From positions 14,309,807 to 14,373,806 of the forward strand of contig NC_134031.1 in the NCBI RefSeq assembly GCF_964204645.1: a stretch of 64,000 nucleotides of DNA, written 5' to 3'. Below are positions 37,393 through 51,500 of the stretch, one piece after another. Within the stretch, counting starts at the first letter, position 1; the number at the start of each line of letters is the position of its first letter. This stretch comes from Tubulanus polymorphus (Eukaryota > Animalia > Nemertea). Below the pieces are notes generated by a model. That model worked only from the letters and a program-made list of their open reading frames with translations. It had not been told where the DNA came from and ran no database searches. Both the position numbers and the translations under genes were made by a program.

Positions 37393-37680
37393 TGTGCTAT
37401 ACTTTTCACCGTATCTGCCGAGCGCCCCGAAGGTAAACGATCATTTCTGAATCCTTGAAATCACTTCAATGTTCTTGGATACGTATTCTTTTTTGAATTC
37501 GAAGCTTGAGAGGGGCGTTCTGAAGCAAAATATTTATGAAGTTTCCGGAATGTGAAGAAAAATCATAATTTGGAACTAAAAAAGTGCGGGACAAGGATTT
37601 TAAAAAGTGGATCGTCCGCTGCACCCGACTCCCCTCTGATGAAGCCCATCATTTGAACTGGGTGAAGTATTGGGCGTGTA
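37393..37680 (+). mobile_element. Degraded 3' end of a Penelope-like retroelement (GIY-YIG endonuclease C-terminus plus hammerhead motif)
   Basis: Frameshifted translation CAIL-H...DHF...NHFNVLG...NSKLERGVL/EAKYL resembles the PLE GIY-YIG C-terminal pattern (SAxxxH...H.F...IL...R...EA..I). It is followed by CCCCT-CTGATGA-A-GCCCA...TGGGT-GAAG-TA-TT-GGGCG at 37631-37676. Confidence 0.5.
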
Positions 37681-40600
37681 ACAGTGACGGTCTGGCTGGG
37701 ATTCGAGATGCGCTAGGGGAAAAATGCGATGAATATGATTACGTCTCAACTGATAATTGTATATGACAGTTAGATATAAGAATCCAGCAGCGGCCACGCC
37801 GTATTTCATTGAGTTTGCTGTAAGTGATATATTGGACGATGACTTTACTATAAATAAATCATGAATTTATCACAGAACCCTTCCTCCTTCCCTCTCTCCC
37901 TCTCATCACTTACCCGATTTAACCCTTTATTTTCCTCACACTTTCCTCTCTATCCCTATCTTACCTCTCTTCCTTTTCATTTTCCTTTTCCTCTCTCCCT
38001 TTCTCCCTCCCTCCCTCCCTGTCTCCTCACCCTATCTCACCCCTTCTCCTTTCTCTCCCTCTCAATCCTTGTCTAACCTCTCTCAGTCTTCCACTCCTCT
38101 CTCTTTTACACTCTCTCCTTCTCGCTTCCTTTTTGCCTCTCTGTGTCACGTTTCATCCACTACGTTATTCTAGTCGATGACGTACATATTGAAAAATAAT
38201 AACCGTATTTTTAGACAAGAAATCTTGACATTTTCCGTAAACGCGTTCGATGAGAATTCGTCGCAGTACACACAGAGTATAAGTCGCAGTTGCAGTGCTC
38301 TTCGATTCCCGTTGGATGCACAGTTGACATACATATTTACAGTTTCTTTTTTCATTTTCTAAACATTCGTTGAATCAAAGCTAGAAAGCTTTTAATAGGA
38401 TTGATTGATTTTTAGGGGAGAGGACCGACATTAAAGCGTTCCTCGTGAAAGCAGAATATAATGATTATCTGTATAGTTCGGTTTGAAAATTACAAGTTTA
38501 TTTTAGAATATAGAAATCTTTTGGAATTTATTGGATTAAATGTTACAGTGCTGGTTCCTGTTCCACTAAAGGGCCAGTTCCAAATATCAAAACCAAATCC
38601 CACAGTTCAGGTTCCAGTTCCACAGTTAAGAAAGAACTCAGCACTTAGGCCCAGCTCCACAGTTCAGGACGCAGTTCCACAGCTCTGGGCCCAGTACAAC
38701 ATTTCTGGAGCCAATTCCACATTTCCGGACCCAATTCGACAGTTCTGGATTCAGTTTCCACAGCTCTGGGCGCTGTTCAACAGTCCTGAAGCCAGTTCCA
38801 CGGTTCCCAGATCCAAACAAACTAAAACCTCAATTGAAAATAAAATAGTCTTTACTAAATCGTATAAAATTTCACAGTAAGGAAATGGTTGATGTCAAAC
38901 CATTACAAGCTAGGGCCCCTTCATAATGGTCTGAACTTGATAAGAAATGAATTGCGTGATGCACCGTAAAAGGGGTCACAATTCTTCCTTTAGACGCTTG
39001 AAGTTCTGTGAAACTTGGTGACGCTGTGAACGACCGATGTAGAACTTTCTGAATATTGTAATCAACTTATTCCGCTAAACGAATGACACTTCGAGAGCTC
39101 GCAGCGAAAAAAATGTATATCTAAATCAACCCATAAATCGCGTAATACACGGTGTGTGCGAAAGCCTAAATATACTTATCTGTGAGTAAAAATACGTGTA
39201 AACGGTTTGGAATGGTTGGAATTCGGTATTTCCAAAAGTGCTCAATATCCGTCGTGTACGGCGATAGTTGAATGAAGTGGAATCAAGTGGAATCACGAAT
39301 GAAATCAAGAATTACTAGATTGTAATAGCGAAATTGCGATGATTGCTCAAGAGAGAGAGAGAGAGAGAGAATATGGAGGATGTCGCCTTGCCAACAGTCG
39401 ATCGGATGAAACGGTTTATTTGTTGATTATCAAGTGACAAGAAACTTGATTCAAATGAAACATCTAATAAATGTTCGATAGCACTTTGCAAACTGGTGCC
39501 GGCCCCGGACTTAATTAGCTTTCTCTTGTTCAAACATTCGGCCACATAGTATGAATCAGTGGCCATATCCCTTCCCCCTCGCCCTTCCTACATCCCCCTC
39601 TCAGCCTCCCACTTGATTTGACTCGAAACTGATTTTGTTGTAGTTGTAGTTAGAGTGGTCTACTCGACCGATGGACAAACACGGGAGGGAAATAAACGAT
39701 TCGACGTGTGTTGCTGATGTGTCCGGGAATGACAGGAATGTTTCTCTATACGATAGATGGTTGAAGACCAAACATCTATTTATCATAGAGAGATGAGGGG
39801 GCAGCCTACTACTTGAATCAATCCCGATGTAATGTTGCATTTTCCGATGTTTCTCGAGCTCCTGTTGTTAGATTATGTAACGATCACTTCACTATGGTGC
39901 AGGGCTCGGTTTCAGAAATACCAGTCTGACAGAACTGAGTTTTATGAGCGCTAAAACGCGTCATCCATCTTTTACTACTTCGTCATCATTTTTTGGCATT
40001 GACGTGGTCAGTTTGTGTTGTCCTACGTAGTGCGCATCGTACGGGTGACGTCACCGGCACCTACCCCTGATTGCTGAACGGCCCGATAGTGGATAGTTTC
40101 TAAAATAGATAAGCATCAGATCCGAACCACTGGCGTCTGCGTTTTCTTTCTATTGAAAGCAATGTCTCGCGTTGATTCTTTGCTGAAATGTCGTTGTATT
40201 GATTTCTCGACAAATTGTCCGGTGGGTGCTTTTGTTCAAAAGATGTTGACAACAATATGGCCGCCAGTCAGTGAGTCAGTCAGTCAACAATTACCCCGTT
40301 GTATCCGTAGAGAACAAGTAAACAATCTATCTATTTCAGAAATCCACAACCAAAAGGAAAACTTCTTAGGGTTATTTTGGTTATTTCAACTCGAATTGTG
40401 AGCGATTTTCATTATCAACTGTTGTTACTGATAAATAGTGGAGAGAAAGGTTTCAAGTTCGACTGATGATCACATAGCGGGGGTTGATCAAGCGCGGTTT
40501 GCAAACAAAATCGAAAGAAATGCAACCCCGAGCAATCGAACCAATTGAAATTATAACCATTACATATTAACCTTTTCTTGAATCAGGACCCAGAGGGCGG

Positions 40601-43600
40601 ACTGACAGACAAGCTGACTCATTGATATACCTGAAGCAGTTAGGGTCTGATTTGAGAACGAGCTTAACTTAATCAGTCAAAACCAGCTATAAGCGCACGA
40701 CGTCAAGACAACCCCTCCCTCGTGAAATCGATCATTAAGAATAAACAACGACGTTTACTGCGGCAAGAAATTACAATCGTGTTTGACATGACCAAATGCC
40801 AAAAAAACTCAGCACGAACTCGGAATAGAAAAATTATTGCCGACTTACGACGTTTTTTTTTAAGGAGCACGCGACGTCTGGTTCAGACTGGTTCCCATGG
40901 TTGTTGTTAACACGCCCGCAAGGTCTGAAATCAGTGAACTTTTCCATCGTGTCGGAAAAAATATACATTTTCCAAGAAATCTTACGTGATGCAATTTGGT
41001 TTTGCAAATTGTAGGTAGATGAAAGGCTGACTGTGACTTTGAACAACGGGGCAAACCGTCACAGTCTAAGCTCATTTTTTTATATAACTCAATATAACAA
41101 GTTAACGTCAGACTCTACGCTCATTTTGGTTCTATAACCAATCCAAAAAACTAAAGATCCCATTATCACGCTTTAAGATCACTCTTAACTTGCATAAGTC
41201 ATGGCATAATTGAGCCATGGCCAGACTATTTAGTCATTTGAGTTAAGACCAGGTCTAAGCTTGCTTTATAATCAGGGATCAGTTGCTCAAATGGTCGTCA
41301 GAGTTGAAACTGATGGAAACAAATATCGCGATTACAATGCGATTTCGATTCTCACCCTACCACTTTACTTAAGCCGAAGCAACTGGCCCCGGAATCGCAC
41401 CAGTTGATTACATCAGTATAACTCAAGACCGAGTGTGTATACGTAAGACCCCGTTTTGTACCTGAATCGCGACTGTGCAACACTTGCATAAGGAACCCTC
41501 CTTGAAGACATGTTGCTAGAAGATTCACATCACGATCCCGTCGAAACGACGAATCTAACTATAATAGAAATCCTTGAATCTATTTCGCGCGCTATCGAGC
41601 AATTTAATTGTTTAAATCGTTCGATCTTTGCTGAAATAAATCACGCCCGGCAGACGGAGAAGGAGGAACTGTCACTATTCAGCCGGCGAATCTGTTCTTA
41701 TTCAAGTCGCTAAAGCTTTTGAAGTTATTTAACGAGTTATACTCCCTTAACGACCGAGACATATATATGTATATACATACAAGGGGCTCATCTTCGATCC
41801 GAAGGCAATTCTTACAATTAGTTTATCCAAACTTCCACAGAAGATTGATTAGTCTATTTATGTCTTAGTTGATCTTGATTTTTCGAGCGCACAAGCCGCC
41901 GATTCAAGCCTGTTTGTCGCCGTCAAAAGACAAAATCGAATCCCGCCGCTAGTCTGCGTGCACGCCGTTCACTGACACCGGGCGATTTGTTATTCAATAT
42001 CGTTAGATTCGAGATTTCATTACTGAAAATGGTCGCTACAGATCCCTATAATACTCGCGTCAATAGCGAAACGATTCTCAATTGGAAGAAAACGGCTTTC
42101 GAGATATTAATGAAATTTCTCCCTCTCCCTCTCTCTTTCTCCTCGGCGATCTCCCGGCTCCCTCTCCCCTCTCTCTCCTCTCTCTCCCTCCCTTAGTGAC
42201 TGAAAGAACGCCGGTTAAATGCCACACTTGTTTGTTTATATCTGAGGATGAATAGAATATCAGCAGCGCAGAATCTAATTGAATAAAGAATGTCGCCGAA
42301 TTTCTGTATACTTTAATAAGATCCTGTCGACGTGGCTGAGAGCGAGCGAGCGAGTGAGCGAGATTACGTCAGCGTCGCGATGGCGAGTCGTATTTATAGA
42401 ACCCATAGGTTTCGTCGTGTATAGTCGAGCCTTTCAGAAAGAACTAGTCTAAGCTTGTCTTAGTTCTAAACCCAATCTAAGAATTTAGGATCAAGCCTAA
42501 GCTTATTTCAGTTCTATAACCACTAACATCTTAAGACCAATCCAAGCTCATTTTTGTTGTAAAAAGCTCATTTTGATTCTATATATAACCAATGTAACAA
42601 CTCAAGATTATTCTAAGCTCATTTTAGTTCTATAGCCTATCTGACAACTCGAGAGCAGTCTAAGCCATTTTTTGGTTCCATCACAAACCTAACTATTAGA
42701 TTTTGAATAGAGTTTGACTAATTTCATTTCAATGAGCTATAGGCTGATTAAGATATGAACTCACAACTGCAGGAACCGGGTCGTGACTAATGATATCAGT
42801 AGTGTTCACTGACCTCGATGACCCTTGTTGTTCCGAAGTTAACATTTATATTGATGACATAGTAATAATAATAATGATCAATCTATGTAAATGCGTGAAT
42901 GATTAAGCGCTGAATCCAGTCGACCTTTTTCAACTTTGTGTCAGGGGACGAAGTTTTACTGGTGAAAATGACAGAATTTATGCTACATAAATTGATGACT
43001 ATTCGATGAAAACGAAAAGCATGTGATTAATCACGACATCACGTGACTGCAACATCACATGACCGACAATTGAATAGTTGTCGGATGTGGAGTTATGTTT
43101 TTGCACGAATTCATTTGGGTATTTTTTTCTGCCTCGACGGTTCGTTCGACGTTCGTTCGGTTTTTTATGATAACCGAATCAAATGCTTTTTTCTCCCGAA
43201 ACGCAGAACGCGACGGGACCAAACGCAAAGAGAACCGAACACGCGCTTTTTTATCGGCATCAATTCTCGTGGTATCAGTCGCAATGCATGTTTACAATTC
43301 TCTGGGCCGCAATCAACCGCTGTGAGACCGTTCCCGGAGGTGTTGTTATCACAAATCCAAATAAATGGTCTCCGTGGCCGTAAAACATTAGTTTAAGACC
43401 GGCCATACTGATAATCATGGATAGATACTGGTCGACACACATATCCTCACGGGTAAAATCTCCCCAAACCGATCTGTCGATGCCCGCCTAGCCACGTATT
43501 GTGTAGTCGGTTTAAAATATAATAACACGTTCATTACGTTATCTATAGCCGATGTCAGAATAAATCAATGACCTTGCACCTAATTTGCATATTATGGTAA

Positions 43601-44228
43601 TTTGCACTCGACGCACCTACTAGATAGACTACGGACGGCGAGAATGGCGTGTTGGTCTGGATGGAAATGCGAGTCTGAATATGGCGACGATAAAGCAATC
43701 CTTTAAAAAAATTACCGAAAAACCGTTATTTTGAAAAGAGAAAACTTCTGCTACCATCATGATATGATGGGAAACTTTTTAAGGTCAAACTAGCTTAAAG
43801 TCGTCATTAGATGCGTTATCGCATAAATGAAGTCATCTCTATTAGTCCCAATTCTACAATTGAATTTACTTAGAGTAAGTCATCATTTGATTGAGTCCTC
43901 GCATCACAGCGATTATTAACAAGTCTTTTCTATTTTGAGTCCCCAACTTGTATTTTTCAAGTAAGTTTAAGTCTTCGTTTGGATAAATCTTCCGCATGAT
44001 GATCGTCCAAAATGATGAATTTTGCAATATCTATACATATATTATTAATACCAGAAGAAAAATGGACGTATTTTCCTTCGGGAAATTGCGTCGCCTTTCA
44101 AGTTATCAATGTAACAGGAAACTTGTACGTATACCTTAATAGATCATAGCTGCTAGCGGCGATCGCAGAAATGTAGAACGGACAATAGTCTGAACTGTAA
44201 GACAAAATAACAAAATAAGAATAGAGTG

Positions 44229-44372
<144 letters not shown>

Positions 44373-44584
44373 CCGTGTGTGACGATACCGAAATCAAACA
44401 ACTATCCACAAGTAAATGCTATACACATATAGCGCAAATAAAGACTTTATTAGATCTTACAGTATCGTCTAAGAGTCTAAGACATGAGATCGAATGTGTG
44501 GATGGATAGGGTGGGGTTGGGGAGTTTTATCAATTAGAACTATACCGTGTGACTTATATACTTATTTATCCAACCCTTAGGTCT

Positions 44585-44670
44585 GAAAAAAGAGTTCAAA
44601 ATGTTTCCTGGAGTAGTTTATTCGACATTTCGACTATATTCTGATAATCACAATTCAGGAATGCCGACGT
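44585..44670 (-). mobile_element. Family A retrozyme-like repeat copy with degenerate hammerhead
   Basis: Reverse complement attc-ctgaattg-t-gattat-cagaat-atagtc-gaaa-tg-tc-gaata-aactactccaggaaacattttgaactc. Confidence 0.65.
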
Positions 44671-44854
44671 ATCGTCTAAATATGAGATTTATGGTGTGGT
44701 AGTGCGATGAGGGGGGATGGAACTGGGGAAGGGATACGGTGGAAGGGTGTGTACCGTACAGGTGAGAACGGTACATGAGATTTTTATTTTTTATTTTTAA
44801 GTCTCTGAATTATCTTGTTCTTCGGATTTGTATGGTAAGCATGGTAGACAGTTA

Positions 44855-45672
44855 AATACGCCTGTGAAGATATGGCGCCTACCAGGGGAATCTGGGCTCA
44901 ACTCCGTTTTCTGGTTAAGTAGTTCAAGCGGCGAATACCAGTACAGATTAATACGGCGAGGGCAATGTCGAAGAAATATCCTTCGAAAATCCGACAATCA
45001 GAAGCATTCTTTAAGAAATTCCGGCTGAAATTTCATTATATGAACCCGAAGTGGATGGGATCTACGAGCAATTATCTGAACTCAGATAATTGCTCGTAAC
45101 TGGGATCGAGTCGCTGCTGGGGCTGGTCGTTTGCGTGGATTGCCTATATAAGTGGCTGGGATCGAGGGGCTGTGTGCGTAGATTACCCCTGCATAAAGGT
45201 AGCTTGGATCGGACGACTGGGCGTTTGCGAAGATTACCCTTGTACGTACAAAGTGGCTAGGATCGAAGGACTGTATGTCGAGATGTCGGATACCGGGCGA
45301 GCGGGTTTTAATTGTTATGTAACAAAAGACGATTGATGCGCATTTGAGGTTTTTTGAGAAACAAGGGTAAATAAACTCAAATAGACACACGTTAAGAAAT
45401 TAATACTTATTATGTGATTGGTTTCGGATTGTCGAAGGAAACTTCATCGACAGTGCTTCTGATTTTCGGGTGGTCGAAGAAGATTTTTTTCGACGATGTT
45501 TCTGATTGTCGGATTGTCGAAGGAAATTTTTTCGATAATGCTTCTGATTGTCGAAGGAAGGTCTCCGGACATGGGAGAAAAACCGCATTACCCAGTTTGT
45601 CCCTACGACTATTCAACCAGAAAACGGAGTGGAACCGGAATCTGGACGTGGCGACTTCCTTTACAGCGTGTG
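44855..45672. mobile_element. Degenerate inverted-repeat element with subterminal ~40-bp repeats
   Basis: actccgttttctggtt (about 44900) mirrors aaccagaaaacggagt (about 45620); ccgacaatcagaagca mirrors tgcttctgattgtcg repeats. Confidence 0.55.
45062..45099. mobile_element. 38-bp palindromic micro-element (same family as 33821) with a 6/7-matching TSD
   Basis: atgggat-ctacgagcaattatctga-ac-tcagataattgctcgtaa-ctgggat; perfect 17-bp stem. Confidence 0.55.
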
Positions 45673-45788
45673 ACTGAGCTAACTCGAATGGCAGACGTTT
45701 TGTTAGAAGTTACATATTACTCGTACGAATTTAATTATGAATGTTTAACGGTGTTTGGTGGATAAAATTGGGCGAAATTAACTGGATG

Positions 45789-46146
45789 CACGGGCGGATC
45801 TAGAGGCAGACAATGACAGGAGCACAAAATTAAAAAAGGGCAATTCATAAGAAAAGGCACTATCCATGACAGGCGAGCGCTGAAGGCGCGAAGCGTTCGC
45901 GGGGGTCTGGGGGAGAAAATCTCCCCCAGAAAATTTTTGAATTTCAACCCATTTTAATGCAATTTCCAGGCACCTGAGACACAAAAATGACATTCTGCAC
46001 ACAATGATGGGAATTTATTAATATGGAAACAATGTGGAAAATGAAATTGATATGGAAAAAATTTTTTTCGCAGTTTTTCAAAAAGGGCACTCAGAATTTG
46101 CGACAGGAGCACGTGCTCCGCGTGCTCCCGTCTAGATCCACCCCTG
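45789..46146. mobile_element. hAT-like MITE (CAGGGGCGGATCTAG-type ends) with a 5-bp TSD
   Basis: cacgggcggatctaga...tctagatccacccctg; GGATG on both flanks; internal gggggtctggggg...cccccagaaaatttttga motif. Confidence 0.75.
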
Positions 46147-48104
46147 GGATGTTGATTTTTTATCATGACACCAACGAATCTATTTTTATCGGATAATTTT
46201 GAAGACAAAATGAAAATGAAAAGTTAAAAGAACTCCTGATATTCAAGGAGTGATACCTAGTTATAGATTATAGTGCAAAGAATAAGATCCTCAAAAGTCA
46301 TGAAATTTAGAGATTAGTCCGATCCAAAACGTCTAGAGAAAATTCCGATCAAATTAGATGGGATGCCGAAAATTCCAATGCATCCAAAACTAAAGGGAGG
46401 GACCCCGAAATTTTGGATATGAGTAAAATCTTTTTAAGTTCATAAAAGGTTCGGTGATGAACCAAAACAAAATGTTCAGACAGAATTCAGCAGATATTGT
46501 ATAAAATGTCAATGTCGATGGTGCGTTCAGCCATCGCAGTCTGTGTGTACATGTCAGATACGCCTGATTTATCAGAGTAAGAAGTATATAATTAAAGCCT
46601 GGAGCAATTATTAAACCTGTATTGTTCCCATGGATCGATGATAGAAACGCGTGGGAACCCGTCCAATAACAGACGATTCGACCATCAGACTCGCTTTCAC
46701 GAACCACAAGTCGAAAAGTACATTATGACGTCAGTTAATTGATAATCCTAGATTTGATTCTAAAATCGATCTTACTGTCACCGGCGTGGTTCAAGCTTTC
46801 TCACAGCATATTTAGCGCTTAGACTGTATTTTAGGTTGTTGGATTATAGAACTAAGATGGCCGTAAATCCAAGCCATTGCAACGGCCTCCACGTAGGTCT
46901 AACACTTCCAGACTGCGAAAGTCTAGGCTGAGAAAAGTTTTTACTTGAAATTTACTTGTAATTGTTGGATCGATTTAAAACTAACCCACGATCAAGAATG
47001 TTTTTAGACGAAATGTTCGGATGACATTGTTTTCTCCCTGCTATTAGTCATAACGCATCGGTGGATGATACGTGTAAAAAAAACAAATATACGCAGGAAC
47101 GAATTTTTGAATTTTGGGTCGTCTGTCTGGACATCAGGCGAACTCATGTTACCCCGATCTGGTTCTATCCAACGCGCGGAACCACATTCTATTCATCCAG
47201 ACTTTATCAAGCTGTTTCGTAACCATTCCTTTTCTTGTCTTAATCAACTTATTCCCAGAGAGCTATTTTGATCAAAGGACTTCCCGTGCACGATTTCTAT
47301 CAACTATTTTAGCACCTAGGACCCGTGGGAGGCGTCGCGCTACCGAGCTACACAATAAATTCTAATTAAGTCTTGTTTAATAACCTCCAAGAGAACCGCA
47401 AACGTGTTGAGGTAATTTGACGAACGGTAACCTACCATGCCAACCTGTTCGGCAATCCTGCTGACATTTTGTCTTTTTAAAATGCAGCAACAAGATAATC
47501 AGTTGTGCTGTCGCTAATGACAGCGGTTCAACAGCAATCACGGTTGAGTCTAATCAAACTCGGTAACCTCGAGAATTTCAACGAAAACCAACAGAGAAAC
47601 TAATAAACTACGTCCCCAGCTCCTTCCCATCCAACATCCCTTCTCCGTCATAAATCAACGAGCTTAGCTTCGTTATATGATGTTTGCGTATGAAACAGTA
47701 AATTGTAATTGAGATGGACGCGTGAGGCAGGGCTGAGGGGGAGAAGAGACGAGGAGGGGAGTAAGGTAATTAATGAATGAAGTCGGATAACGAGTACACT
47801 TCTAATAAACTAACCGTGAAGCGATCTAAAACATACTTGAACATTCTCTGAGGACCCGTTTTTATATTGTGGATTTAAATTGTGGATTTATGCGATGTCG
47901 TAGAGTTTGTTTTAGATAATGAATGTCTCGAAGTCATGTGTTTTCAAGGCAGTTGCTTATCGGGTGATTTCTGAAACGCTTCATGTAGGGAAAAAAAGAA
48001 AAGGGAATAAGAATTGAAAAAAAAGATTTTGAATTCAAAAAGTATATATTTGAATGTAGGTTTTCACCTGAAAGGTGTTTTCACCTAGGTGTTAGAATTA
48101 AGAC

Positions 48105-48460
48105 CAAACTGACTAAAGTCTATTTATTTTCTATTGTCCACGATCTTTTTGGGATATTTCACTTAATTTTCAGTGTGCATAGGCCTACCTCAAATAGGTC
48201 TTAATCGAATTGTGCAGTTTTTTCCCACTCGATACAACGGATGATAGTGCCACCAATCGGGACTGCCTGTGTAGGGCAAGTAATTTTTGGAGGGGGCAAG
48301 CAAAATTTCTGATATGCTTGCCCCCCGGGCAAGTGGCTTTTATTCCTTAGATCGGACCCTGGCAGTCCAGATGAATCATTGTTTTTATATCCATTTTACA
48401 CTGTTTTGAAGGATTGATGAATATTCTCGAAAATTGAGCTTTAAATCGGCGAGAAAGACC
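48105..48460 (+). repeat. Second copy of the 17405 repeat, interrupted by a ~145-bp insertion ending in a MITE-like gggcaag...ccctg end
   Basis: Alignment to 17405-17625 breaks at about 48217 and resumes at about 48362. Confidence 0.75.
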
Positions 48461-48548
48461 GCCGGGGCGTGACTCTAACCCCCGTGGCCTCAAAAATGCC
48501 ACCGCCGGCATACCAGACGAGCGCGTTAACAACTAGACCTGCATTGGT
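48460..48548 (-). mobile_element. Degenerate tRNA-derived SINE head
   Basis: Reverse complement has A-box-like ggtctagttgttaacgcgc and B-box-like ggttagagtcac; no intact cloverleaf. Confidence 0.3.
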
Positions 48549-51500
48549 TGACGTTATAAAGTTGGTCTGGTCCAGTGTTGTGACCAGTCAGGTGTGATGA
48601 CTGTTTACTGGTCGTGTGAAATGTCTGGTGTGATCCTGACTGTTTTTCGATGGGAAATAATTGATTAAATGCGCCCCATCTAAAAATCTGAATAAAAAAT
48701 GTCAGCATTATTACCGTTAGAAATATAGAGGTGTTTTACTTGAACTTGCAGTAACTTGAAACTGCTGAGAAGGGGACCTACGTGTCACCAGTAAAAATGA
48801 GAAATTCCAAAAGTCTAAAATATCTTGTGTTGAAATAGACACCGCAAACAATAATATGATACTTGCTTTCATGACATTTCGTGTTATCTTTCGTGCGAAG
48901 AGAAAATATCGAATAGAGAGAAGACAACGACTGCTCACCCGCGCCTGCCCCACGCTTCACACTCTTCAGTCGAGTGTTCTTGTACAGTACACAGGACAAC
49001 TGATATTATTACTGTATAAACATCACACTTGCCGCAGTCTGTTCACTCTTTCATCTTCCTTCTCCTCCTCCTCCCCATTGCTATATCGAAATTCACCCTT
49101 TTTTCGATTCCCATTAGTAACATCTGTGTCGTACGCAATAAGAAATATCACTACTGTATTGTAGTCAGAAATATTTGGAACAATAGTTGTACAACCACTT
49201 TAGCCGCAAATTCCAATAATCAATAGCGGCGGCCGTTGCTGCGCATTGTATTTTTCAAACAAACGCTTCCGTTAAGTTTTTAAATATTCACGCCCGAACG
49301 ATAAATGTATATATTACCTTCCGGCCGCCAGCGTGCACCTGCTCGACACCGCGCATCTGCCTATCCTGTCTGCAGAATAAACAACGCGCTCTTCAGTGTT
49401 TTAATGGAATGTTTTAATAATGAATATATTGCGTTCAAGATGAATTTCTTCGCGACGCAAAAATGCGCGAACTTGTTGATTTATTGATATAGTGAAATAT
49501 GAATATTAAACGTGTTTGTGTGCGCGAGTGGGAACCGGCGTCTAATCGAAGCAGCCCCCGGGGAAGCTGCACCAACTGGGACATCAAAAAAAAAACATAG
49601 GCGTGACCAAACTCTTGCTCTAACGCTCGAAGGCTTCACTACACATATATATTTCATCTTTAAAGCCTCCATTTTGGATGAACACGATTTCGATGTGAGA
49701 CTTGGAGGGACACGTTATTCCCAGTCAAGCGTGATCTCATCAAGCGCGCGTGATCCAAGATGGCCGCCACTTTTTATCACATTTACATCTCAAGTCTAGT
49801 GCGATCTCATAAAGATCGCACTACCAAGATGGCTGCTGTTTTATTCGTCGGTGTCTCTATTCTCTATCCCCAAAGTCTTGCGTGATCTCGTCAAAATGGC
49901 CATCGTCAAGATGGCCGCGCTTTGGTGATCTAGATCTGGGATCTAGTTCATCGATTAACAAAGCCTATAGGATACGTACTTTGTTTAATTTTTTAAATGT
50001 TGATTGTGTGACAGGATGTGTGACAGGAAACTCTTGCTGTTCACTAAAAGGTTTCAATACGGAAATAGACAAATGAAATATTGTATTAATTGAACGATTT
50101 CAATACTAAACCGAAATAAACAAATAGCTTTTTATCGAATGAATTCAACGTTGAAAATATAAATTTTTCATGATATTCTATTGGATATAAGGGGGATGGG
50201 AATGAGATTGATGGCCTCTTGCTTAAAATTACCAGAATCTGAAGGAGGCAATGTTATTGCAAAATCCACATCAAGACTAAGACACACTGTTTTACTTATA
50301 GGATTGGAGTCCAAGCTGTTAAGGGTAAAATAAAAACCTGTTGTCTCCGCCGAAAGGCACGTTCCTCATCTCAAATAACAGAGATCTGGGGTTAGAGGGG
50401 CAACTTATATAAAAAAATGAACTTCACGCCGCTTGCGCCCTTCCTCCAGACACATTATTCGCACCTAGTCCAGGGCTCCGAGAATTGCTACAAAGTAACA
50501 GCTGTAAATGGTAGAATATAAAGCTGGTATCTACAGCAGAGAGGCACGTTCCTCATCTCAAATTACAAAATCATATTATCGGACTCCAGTAACAGATGCC
50601 GCCTCCCACTTCCCACCGCTAAATTTGTGAAATAATTCCGCACTATTTATTCAAATACTGTTATTCTGGCGCAACTCATTTATACATCACTGGAACTATA
50701 AATTACTGTAACATCATTGACGCATCACTTGAACATCATTGATACATCACTGGAACAATACATCACTTGAACATCATTGATACATCACTGGAACTATACG
50801 TCACTGTAACATCACTGATACATCATCGATGCATTGAACCAGTGTTACCTCCGACTCTCACTGTGCTTTTCATGTTCAATGAAGGTTTGTGTGTATTTGT
50901 TATTTGTTATCTATCGCAGTAGAATCAACACGTAGTGCTCTAATGATTTTAAGTTTATCGAGTTAAGTGTCTACGAAATAATTTACTGCCGCTGCCGGTT
51001 GGTCGAATATTTTCTGTAAAAACATTTTCCCATGAATTTTCGGTCGATGTGAAAATATTTTTACTGAATGTTTCGTTTTTTCCGCTGAAATCGAAATGTT
51101 CATTTGTTTGTCTTCCTCCATCCTCGGGATATAATAAACTGATTTTTTAAATTCCACTGCTGCAGACGTCAAACGGATGTCGAAAATCATCGACGAATGT
51201 CGAAAATCGTACCGCTATCGGTAATAATTCGACGGAGCGACGAAATAAAATCGTGTCTTTTTTTCCTGGGCGTTTTAAAGCCATGGTGCACCTGCGCATG
51301 TGCGGAAACGGCAGAAGAAATGTTTTCCAAGAAACGAGAAGAAATCCAAACGACGCCTGAAACCATCTACGCCGCACTTCGAAAAGACACATCCGAACTG
51401 TGACGTCATGTATTCTTAATAAGCATAGTTATACCTGGATACCGGGTTGACTAATCAGTATATTAGGTTTCTCCGGGGTACGGGAGGGCTTCGTCACGGG

